DNA of 20,000 nt from an uncultured virus (IMG/VR IMGVR_UViG_3300021960_000024) (Duplodnaviria; Heunggongvirae; Uroviricota; Caudoviricetes): IMG/VR virus record IMGVR_UViG_3300021960_000024. One strand, given 5' to 3'. The position numbers were made by a program, and so were the translations under genes. How positions within the stretch are numbered: the stretch's first letter is position 1; the number at the start of each line of letters is the position of its first letter. Positions 1-6,978 of this stretch are shown one piece after another. The notes beneath the pieces are model-generated. The model worked only from the letters and a program-made list of their open reading frames with translations. It was not told where the DNA came from and ran no database searches.

Positions 1-234
1 GATGCGATTGAAGATTCTCTCTCAATTGCAAGTCATCAATTAAATCTTGAGGACGAAACAGGAAGTATTCTACTTGAAACTGGTGGTGACGAATATATTA
101 TACAGGAAGACTATATAGTAGGTGATGGAGTAACGGATAAGACAGCTCAAAATGAGTTGTTTGAAACATTGGATGATACGATACTGGACTTCAGTGAATC
201 GAATCCATTTGGTGATGCAGGGAGTGCAGATTAA
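1..234 (+). CDS. gp14: Neck protein gp14, C-terminal part (truncated by window start)
   Basis: Frame 1 is open from base 1 to TAA at 232-234 and ends ...ILDFSESNPFGDAGSAD*. DFSExNPFG is the typical gp14 C-terminus, and the ORF lies directly upstream of gp15. Not in the supplied ORF track. Confidence 0.88.
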   Translation, partial: DAIEDSLSIASHQLNLEDETGSILLETGGDEYIIQEDYIVGDGVTDKTAQNELFETLDDTILDFSESNPFGDAGSAD

Positions 235-250
235 TGAAGGAGACGGTATA

Positions 251-1051
251 ATGTTGGGAACCCAGTTCTACCACGAAACAATACGCAACATCGTTGTTGG
301 TTTCGGAACAATTTTTAATAATATTCAATTAGTTCGTAAGGATAACTCTGGTGTAATTCAACAGACCATGAAAGTGCCTTTGGCATATGGTCCAAGACAG
401 AAGTTTCTTGTTCGTCTTGCTGATGATGCAGACCTGAGTAAAGCTGCTGCGGTTACTTTACCTCGTATTGGTTTCGAAATTACGGGTCTTACATATGATC
501 CCGGCCGAAAATTAAATCGTGTGCAGAAGTTTAAAAAAGTTAAGGGCGATAAGTCAGAACAGTTAGACACGCAATATATGCCTGTTCCTTATAATATTGA
601 TTTTGAACTTTACATTCTTGCAAAACAGTCGGATGATGCTCTACAAATTGTTGAACAAATTCTTCCTTACTTTCAACCAGACTACACGATCACGATGAAT
701 GATAACGCTGATATGGGTGTCAAAAAAGACATTCCCGTTATTCTCAACAGTATTTCTTACGAGGATGATTATCAGGGAGACTTTACGACAAGAAGAGCTA
801 TCATTTATACATTGTCTTTCACATGTAAATTTTATCTCTATGGTCCTGTTACATCCAGTAAGGTTATCAAGACGGTACAGGTTGATGCATACACTGATAT
901 GCCTGACCAATCACCAACACGACAACAGAGACTTACTGTCACGCCAAACCCAACCAGTGCTGATGCTGATGACGATTTTGGTTTCAATGAGGTTCATTCT
1001 TTCTTTGAAGATGCGAAGACTCACAATCCAGTGACGGGTGAGGATGAGTGA
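251..1051 (+). CDS. gp15: Tail sheath stabilizer / tail completion protein gp15
   Basis: Motifs FYHETIR..VGFGTIFNNI, VPLAYGP, LPRIGFE and QIVEQILPYFQP. Start moved to ATG 251 (AAGGAG at 237-242), because the track start at 152 overlaps gp14. Confidence 0.95.
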   Translation: MLGTQFYHETIRNIVVGFGTIFNNIQLVRKDNSGVIQQTMKVPLAYGPRQKFLVRLADDADLSKAAAVTLPRIGFEITGLTYDPGRKLNRVQKFKKVKGDKSEQLDTQYMPVPYNIDFELYILAKQSDDALQIVEQILPYFQPDYTITMNDNADMGVKKDIPVILNSISYEDDYQGDFTTRRAIIYTLSFTCKFYLYGPVTSSKVIKTVQVDAYTDMPDQSPTRQQRLTVTPNPTSADADDDFGFNEVHSFFEDAKTHNPVTGEDE

Positions 1052-1055
1052 TAAC

Positions 1056-1868
1056 ATGTTTCATTATGCAGATGTGCCTTTATCGGTAATTGATAATCTA
1101 ATAAATTTAGAAGAAGAGTTACAAGTATTAAATCGGACTCGAAAATTTGCGTATGAAAGTAAAGAAAATTATTTGGGATATAGAAAAATATCCGACAGTG
1201 GGTTGCCAATAGATAAAATGAGTGATTCAATGCAGGGTCACACTAATTTAGAAATTTTCACTGAAGATGAAAAGGATAGTTCACGCAAACTTTTCAATGA
1301 AATTCTAAAACCAATTATTGGATATGAACCAAATACTCAAGGTAGGTATGGGTATTACAAAGAACCAATTCATATACACAATGATGGTGAAAATTATCTG
1401 GGCGATGATTGGAAATCGCATAACAGAACAGGACAAAAACCTCGGCCTGCAAACACAACAATATTCTTTCCACTAAGATGTTACAAAGAAGATGGAAGTA
1501 CGGGAACAACTGAGACTGTATACTTTGATCAAAAAACTCCTTGGTCTGCAAAATCTGGAATTGATATTGAGAATGACGATCAAAAGTTTTATAGAAAACA
1601 TGGCACAACTGGGTGGCAATTAGATTATGATTACAGTGATTTAGTAGGATACACTAACAAACCTTTTGATTCAGATGTTTGGGTAGAACACCTACAACAC
1701 CACCCAATTGAGATGTTACATGGGTTTAGTTTTGCAGCATCTATTCCTTGGAATATTGGTCAGGTTTTGATGTTTGAGACTTCAAGAATTCACTGTAGTT
1801 CTTATATGGAAGATTGTTTTGGTAAAGACTGTTTTCTTGTGAAGGTCAACACAAATTTATGGAATTGA
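1056..1868 (+). CDS. Putative 2OG-Fe(II) oxygenase-like (DSBH fold) protein
   Basis: HxD motif (IHIHND) plus a distal His in WNIGQVLMFETSRIHCS, the usual facial-triad layout. Start is ATG 1056 or 1044. Confidence 0.6.
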   Translation: MFHYADVPLSVIDNLINLEEELQVLNRTRKFAYESKENYLGYRKISDSGLPIDKMSDSMQGHTNLEIFTEDEKDSSRKLFNEILKPIIGYEPNTQGRYGYYKEPIHIHNDGENYLGDDWKSHNRTGQKPRPANTTIFFPLRCYKEDGSTGTTETVYFDQKTPWSAKSGIDIENDDQKFYRKHGTTGWQLDYDYSDLVGYTNKPFDSDVWVEHLQHHPIEMLHGFSFAASIPWNIGQVLMFETSRIHCSSYMEDCFGKDCFLVKVNTNLWN

Positions 1869-1871
1869 ACC

Positions 1872-2654
1872 ATGAAAATACTCATACCATTTTCAGGCGG
1901 TATCAACTCTACATACTCACTTTATCGTTGGTTAACTGAAACTGACGCTGATGTTTTTGTTCGATATGGATTTGATCAATTTGAAAATGATGACTACCGT
2001 TCAGAAGAACTTGAGAGAGTTCAAAATGTATCACACTTCCTCAAAAAACAATATCGTAATTTTAATTTAGAAATGGGTGAGTTTCCCAAAAAATATGTCG
2101 AAGAGCGTATTCCTATTCGGTCAGGATTTAAAAAAGGAAAATTTAATATTGGTGCGCTTAAGCCAAGATATTTTGGAATTACTAAATGGTGTTTTGAAAC
2201 CAATGTTGATGCAGTATCAATTGGTGTGTCTTTAGAAAATACCTCAACACAGGGTTATGAATTGAGTCGTCGGGAATCTGGTATTGAAAATATTGGTGTT
2301 GATATATATTTGGGCGGTGTGCGAGAGTTAGTTCCAGTGTCCACTGGAGATGATTTCAACTATGATGAGATTGCAAAACATATGGTGGGTCGGTTTGAAC
2401 AATATGAGTTCTTACCAAAAGAGTTGCGAGATTTGTGTGTTAGATATAATTCAGAGAGTCGTAATGGGCGTGAAATGGCCTATTGGAGAACCTATAAAAT
2501 ATTTGTTGAAGAGGGCAAGACAGGAAGAGACTTTGATTTGTATTGTGCCAAACACGGCAGCTATGGTCCTTGGAGACATGAAGCTGATCCAGAAACTTAT
2601 ATGTATAGGGGTCGAGGTGAGGATGGAAATTTACATTATTTACTTTATGAATAA
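1872..2654 (+). CDS. PP-loop (adenine nucleotide alpha-hydrolase, QueC-like) protein, paralog 1
   Basis: N-terminal ILIPFSGGINST, a variant of the SGGxDS PP-loop; paralogous to 2671..3483. Confidence 0.65.
   Translation: MKILIPFSGGINSTYSLYRWLTETDADVFVRYGFDQFENDDYRSEELERVQNVSHFLKKQYRNFNLEMGEFPKKYVEERIPIRSGFKKGKFNIGALKPRYFGITKWCFETNVDAVSIGVSLENTSTQGYELSRRESGIENIGVDIYLGGVRELVPVSTGDDFNYDEIAKHMVGRFEQYEFLPKELRDLCVRYNSESRNGREMAYWRTYKIFVEEGKTGRDFDLYCAKHGSYGPWRHEADPETYMYRGRGEDGNLHYLLYE
2481..2600 (+). repeat. 120-bp perfect direct repeat, copy 1 (copy 2 at 3286-3405)
   Basis: Base-by-base identity tattggagaa...ccagaaacttat; the flanking bases differ on both sides. Confidence 0.97.
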
Positions 2655-2670
2655 GGAAGGTTTTTGAAAA

Positions 2671-3483
2671 ATGAAAATACTTATACCATTTTCTGGGGGA
2701 GTCAATTCTACATACTCACTTTATCGTTGGTTATCTGAAACTGATGCTGATATTATTTCTCTATACGGGGTTGATCAGTGGTATGATGATAAACATAACG
2801 ATGATGAATTAAATAGAGCTAGAAAAATAGTAAGTTATTTAAAATCTACTGTCAGAGAATTTGAATTTGACATAAGTGAATGGCCATCTAATTATGTTAT
2901 TGAGAAACATCCTATACGGCCGGGATTTAATTTAGGAATGTGGGATGTTGGAAAGGTTCGTCCTCGATATGAAGGATATGTTAAGTGGCAAAATGAAACC
3001 AAAACAGATGGTATTTCTATTGGATTATCGTTAGAAAATACAGCAATGGATTGTGGTTATAATACATTACGTTCTGTTGTTGAACAAAATAGTATGGATA
3101 TTTATTTAGGAGGAATGCCCGAATTAACACCAGTTCCGCAAGGTGATGATTTTGATTGGGATTATATAAGTTCAAAAATGATTGGAAGGTTTGAACAATA
3201 CGAGTCAATACCAGAAGAGTTACAAAGTTTAGTTGTCAAATGTAATTTGACTACATGTAAAAAAGAAAAATGTAGGGATTGTGCATATTGGAGAACCTAT
3301 AAAATATTTGTTGAAGAGGGCAAGACAGGAAGAGACTTTGATTTGTATTGTGCCAAACACGGCAGCTATGGTCCTTGGAGACATGAAGCTGATCCAGAAA
3401 CTTATTATTATCGTGGTGCATCAAAAAAAAGAAATGGTGAAAATGCTAAAGAAGCTACTCTTCCATATCTAACATATAAGTAA
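2671..3483 (+). CDS. PP-loop (QueC-like) protein, paralog 2, with a Cys4 putative Zn site
   Basis: ILIPFSGGVNST; late C-x4-C-x4-C-x2-C cluster (CNLTTCKKEKCRDC) reminiscent of the QueC zinc site; AAGGA upstream. Confidence 0.65.
   Translation: MKILIPFSGGVNSTYSLYRWLSETDADIISLYGVDQWYDDKHNDDELNRARKIVSYLKSTVREFEFDISEWPSNYVIEKHPIRPGFNLGMWDVGKVRPRYEGYVKWQNETKTDGISIGLSLENTAMDCGYNTLRSVVEQNSMDIYLGGMPELTPVPQGDDFDWDYISSKMIGRFEQYESIPEELQSLVVKCNLTTCKKEKCRDCAYWRTYKIFVEEGKTGRDFDLYCAKHGSYGPWRHEADPETYYYRGASKKRNGENAKEATLPYLTYK
3286..3405 (+). repeat. 120-bp perfect direct repeat, copy 2
   Basis: Identical to 2481-2600 and encodes the same 40 aa, YWRTYK...ADPETY. Confidence 0.97.
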
Positions 3484-3495
3484 AGGATATGTCAT

Positions 3496-3918
3496 ATGGT
3501 AAATGAAATAGATAAAGCACTCGGTGTGGTTGGGGATGTTATTCCCCCAGAGGCATCTTTGAACCCAAACGCCAAAATGTCTGATGTTTCCCGTTATCCA
3601 GTAGAGCTAGAGGGGGGTGAAGATGTTGATGCTGACTACAAGTATCAACGAGAAAACTTTTATCGGTTGGTTGAACAGGGCTCTACTGCGATTGAGGGTA
3701 TCCTTGAACTTGCGAAAGAGGGTGAACATCCAAGGGCATACGAGGTTGCTGGACAGTTAATCAAGAATGTTGCAGAGGTCACTGAGAAACTAGGTGACCT
3801 TCAAGAGAAGATGAAGAAACTCAAAGAGGTTCCCAATAACGCACCGAAGAGTGTTACGAATGCATTATTTGTTGGTAGCACTGCTGAGTTGCAAAAAATG
3901 TTGAAAGGTAAAAAGTGA
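3496..3918 (+). CDS. gp16: Terminase small subunit gp16
   Basis: DADYKYQRENFY, HPRAYEVAGQLIK and TNALFVGSTAELQKML are typical of T4-like TerS. Confidence 0.93.
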   Translation: MVNEIDKALGVVGDVIPPEASLNPNAKMSDVSRYPVELEGGEDVDADYKYQRENFYRLVEQGSTAIEGILELAKEGEHPRAYEVAGQLIKNVAEVTEKLGDLQEKMKKLKEVPNNAPKSVTNALFVGSTAELQKMLKGKK

Positions 3919-4907
3919 GTAAGGTTCTTTATTATCATCTCAATTCCTTTCCAGAAATAAGTGCAAGAGATGAGTATAAATTAGCAACTAGTTTTGGATT
4001 ACACTCTCCTCGTTTTAGATTTGGTTTTGACAACCAGTTTGATTTGATAGAGAACCCCCTTACAAATTTTCCTACAAATTTTACATCAACATTCGAAGAG
4101 TTAACTAATCGTAGGGCTGTAGAGTTGTGGGATATTGGCAAACCAATAAGATTGTGGTGGTCAGGTGGTATAGACAGCACATGTGCATTGGTAAGTCTGT
4201 TGAAAACTAAAAGGTTGGATACAAGTCTTACTGTGTATCTATCAAAAGCTAGTGTACAAGAAAATCCACGTTTCTATGATTTGTTAGTTAATAAGAAAAT
4301 TAATTTGCAGTGGCATTCTTTTGATAACTATGTCTATGACAATGATCAGTTATGGGACGGGCAAACAATTAATGTTAATGGTGGCGGGGGAGATGAATTA
4401 TTTCTCGCAATATCATCATATACATCTATAGAGGATTTTTTCAAAATTAAAGACCACGATTGGATTAATGTTATGAAAGATTCTGATATGTTAAACACTG
4501 CTGAAAAGTATATTGATATGTCTCCATACAAACCAAAAACATGTTGGGAGTTACTTTGGTGGTTTGCTAGGAGTATAGATGATTTATTATCAAGATACCT
4601 CTCACCAAGATTTCTCAAAGACCCATCTGTGTATCATCTAGAATATCCATTTTTCTATACAGATTATTTTGAGAAGTGGGCTTTGTCTAATCCATATGCT
4701 GGACATAATGGTGACTATGGAACATACAAATGGCCAATGAAAAAATACATATATGATTATGATAAAAATGAAGATTACTTATATACAAAACAAAAAGAAA
4801 GTTCATTTCGTTCAGTAAATAAACAACCACGATATGAAGGTGTATCTTCTAATCATTATGTTCTTAATACGATTGTGTATGAAGATGGTACATACGTTAG
4901 ATACTAA
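3915..4907 (+). CDS. Asparagine-synthetase-like PP-loop ATP pyrophosphatase (no glutaminase domain)
   Basis: LWWSGGIDST, NGGGGDELF (cf. AsnB GEGADELF) and PFF..YFEKWAL..KWPMK; the GTG start overlaps the gp16 stop (GTGA). Confidence 0.65.
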   Translation: MSKVLYYHLNSFPEISARDEYKLATSFGLHSPRFRFGFDNQFDLIENPLTNFPTNFTSTFEELTNRRAVELWDIGKPIRLWWSGGIDSTCALVSLLKTKRLDTSLTVYLSKASVQENPRFYDLLVNKKINLQWHSFDNYVYDNDQLWDGQTINVNGGGGDELFLAISSYTSIEDFFKIKDHDWINVMKDSDMLNTAEKYIDMSPYKPKTCWELLWWFARSIDDLLSRYLSPRFLKDPSVYHLEYPFFYTDYFEKWALSNPYAGHNGDYGTYKWPMKKYIYDYDKNEDYLYTKQKESSFRSVNKQPRYEGVSSNHYVLNTIVYEDGTYVRY

Positions 4908-4910
4908 ATA
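4903..4910 (+). promoter_or_regulatory. Probable late promoter variant ACTAAATA upstream of gp17
   Basis: Near match to the T4 gp55 consensus TATAAATA, followed by an AGGAG SD and the gp17 ATG. Confidence 0.55.
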
Positions 4911-4925
4911 GATCAGGAGATAGTA

Positions 4926-6569
4926 ATGGCTGATAATCAATATTTAGGAAATCCGAATCTGAAGAAGGCCAATGTCGCCCAGAATTGGACGAAGGAAGAA
5001 CTTGTTGAGTATCAGAAATGTATGGAAAGCCCACAATATTTCATAGAAAACTATGTAAAGATTGTTTCTCTTGATGAGGGTCTTGTTCCATTTAAGATGT
5101 ATGATTTCCAGAAGGAAATGGTAGGTACTTTCCACAGCAATCGTTTCACCATCTGTAAACTACCTAGACAGTCGGGTAAGTCTACCGTCATGGTTTCATA
5201 TCTACTTCATTACGCACTTTTCAACCCCAGTGTCAATATCGCAATCCTTGCGAATAAGGCTGCAACTGCTCGTGATCTACTATCACGATTGCAACTTGCG
5301 TATGAACATCTACCGAAATGGTTGCAACAGGGAGTAATGAGTTGGAACAAAGGTTCCTTGGAGTTAGAAAATGGTTCAAAAATTCTTGCCTCTTCTACTA
5401 GTGCTAGTGCCGTTCGTGGCGGTTCTTACAACATCATTTTTCTTGACGAGTTTGCGTATGTCCCCTCAAACGTGGCAGAACAGTTTTTTTCCTCTGTGTA
5501 CCCCACAATTTCATCTGGTAAGACAACAAAGGTAATGATCGTTTCCACCCCGCATGGTATGAATATGTTCTATAAACTATGGGTGGATGCAGAGGAAGGT
5601 CGTAACACTTATATTCCTATTGAGGTTCATTGGAGTGAAGTTCCCGGTAGAGATGAGAAGTGGAAAGAGGAAACGATTAAGAACACCTCTCAGGCTCAAT
5701 TCAATACAGAGTTTGAGTGTGAGTTCCTTGGTTCTATTGATACCCTTATCGCACCATATAAATTGAAACAATTGACATATCGGGCACCAATACAGTCTAG
5801 TGCTGGCCTTGATGTTCATGTTGCACCACAACCAGATCGTACATATGTTCTCGTCGCAGATGTTGCAAGGGGAACACAAAACGATTATTCTGCGTTTGTG
5901 GTTGTGGATGTAAGTGAAATACCATATAGAGTGGTCGCAAAGTTTAGAGACAATGAACTGAAACCCCTTATATTTCCATCCAAGATTTATGATGTTGCAA
6001 GAGCATACAATCAAGCATTCGTATTGATTGAGGTTAATGACATAGGAGAACAGGTTGCTAGTGCGATGCAGTTTGACTTGGAGTATGACAACCTTATTAT
6101 GGCAAGTATGCGTGGGCGAGCGGGACAGGTCATTGGAGCAGGGTTCAGTGGTGGTCGAGCGCAGTTGGGGGTAAGAACAACTAAGGCTGTAAAAAAGATT
6201 GGTTGTTCTAATCTCAAACAGTTGGTTGAGGATAATAAACTTATTCTTGAGGATTATGACTGTATCAACGAACTTTCTACCTTTATTGTCAAGGGCCAGT
6301 CATTTGAAGCAGACGATGGGTGTAATGATGATTTGGTCGCATGTCTCTTTATCTTTGCATGGTTGACAGACCAGACATACTTCAAGGAACTAACTAACAA
6401 CGATATTCGACGGGTCATGATGAATGAACAACAAGACATGCTAGAACAAGATATGGCACCATTTGGTTTCATTGTAAATGGTCTTGAGGATGAGAATATC
6501 GGTGAGATGGTAGACGAATATGGAACTCGCTGGTCACCAATTGTGAGAGATAGTTCTAAAAGTTGGTAA
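4926..6569 (+). CDS. gp17: Terminase large subunit gp17
   Basis: YLGNPNLK N-terminus, Walker A PRQSGKST, Walker B IIFLDEFA, coupling motif VSTPHG, nuclease DVARG..DYS and NDDLV. Confidence 0.98.
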   Translation: MADNQYLGNPNLKKANVAQNWTKEELVEYQKCMESPQYFIENYVKIVSLDEGLVPFKMYDFQKEMVGTFHSNRFTICKLPRQSGKSTVMVSYLLHYALFNPSVNIAILANKAATARDLLSRLQLAYEHLPKWLQQGVMSWNKGSLELENGSKILASSTSASAVRGGSYNIIFLDEFAYVPSNVAEQFFSSVYPTISSGKTTKVMIVSTPHGMNMFYKLWVDAEEGRNTYIPIEVHWSEVPGRDEKWKEETIKNTSQAQFNTEFECEFLGSIDTLIAPYKLKQLTYRAPIQSSAGLDVHVAPQPDRTYVLVADVARGTQNDYSAFVVVDVSEIPYRVVAKFRDNELKPLIFPSKIYDVARAYNQAFVLIEVNDIGEQVASAMQFDLEYDNLIMASMRGRAGQVIGAGFSGGRAQLGVRTTKAVKKIGCSNLKQLVEDNKLILEDYDCINELSTFIVKGQSFEADDGCNDDLVACLFIFAWLTDQTYFKELTNNDIRRVMMNEQQDMLEQDMAPFGFIVNGLEDENIGEMVDEYGTRWSPIVRDSSKSW

Positions 6570-6573
6570 TATC

Positions 6574-6873
6574 CTAAATAAATTCTATTAGATCATGATG
6601 TTTCTTAATGTAACAGTTGTAGCATAGAATGACAGACTGATCAATTAGGTGAAATACCTCTTTGCGGCTTTCATCACTTGTTCCAACTCTCTTGGATACT
6701 TTGCGTATCTCTGCATCATGGGGGTAGAATTTAAGACAAACGTGTTCTGCCTCACCACAGTGAATACAGGATTTGTCTGTGAGAAATTCGTTTAGGAGAT
6801 ATACTCGTTTCTGGTAATTTCTCCGTGAAACTTTCTTGATAGTGTCTTTGTATTTTTCATAATGATTATTCAT
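6574..6873 (-). CDS. Small HNH-like Zn-finger protein, possibly catalytically degenerate
   Basis: CIHCGE...LKFYPH...VILCYNCYIKKH (two CxxC in an HNH-like layout). Start placed at ATG 6873, just downstream of a minus-strand TATAAATA. Confidence 0.6.
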   Translation of the reverse strand: MNNHYEKYKDTIKKVSRRNYQKRVYLLNEFLTDKSCIHCGEAEHVCLKFYPHDAEIRKVSKRVGTSDESRKEVFHLIDQSVILCYNCYIKKHHDLIEFI

Positions 6874-6878
6874 GATTC

Positions 6879-6886
6879 TATTTATA
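6879..6886 (-). promoter_or_regulatory. T4-type late promoter TATAAATA for the antisense HNH-like gene
   Basis: The + strand reads tatttata; 5 nt separate the box from ATG 6873. Confidence 0.65.
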
Positions 6887-6929
6887 TGATATAACACTTA
6901 TAAAAACGAGTTTTGTAAAAGAGGTTTTT

Positions 6930-6937
6930 TATAAATA
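6930..6937 (+). promoter_or_regulatory. T4-type late promoter TATAAATA upstream of gp18
   Basis: Exact consensus in an intergenic position; AGGAG SD precedes ATG 6979. Confidence 0.85.
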
Positions 6938-6978
6938 TCTGTATAACAAATAACTCTCTTTAAGTTAGGAGTAAAGAT

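Noticed and set aside
2481..3405. Diversity-generating retroelement TR/VR pair
   Set aside because: The copies are identical with no adenine-specific mismatches, both are coding, and no reverse transcriptase is present in the window.
1872..3483. Calling the pair queC of a 7-deazaguanine DNA modification pathway
   Set aside because: The PP-loop is non-canonical, one paralog lacks the Zn motif, and folE, queD, queE and dpdA are absent from the window.
3915..4907. Lasso peptide biosynthetic cluster
   Set aside because: The Asn-synthetase-like fold fits a cyclase, but no leader peptidase, RRE or precursor is visible.
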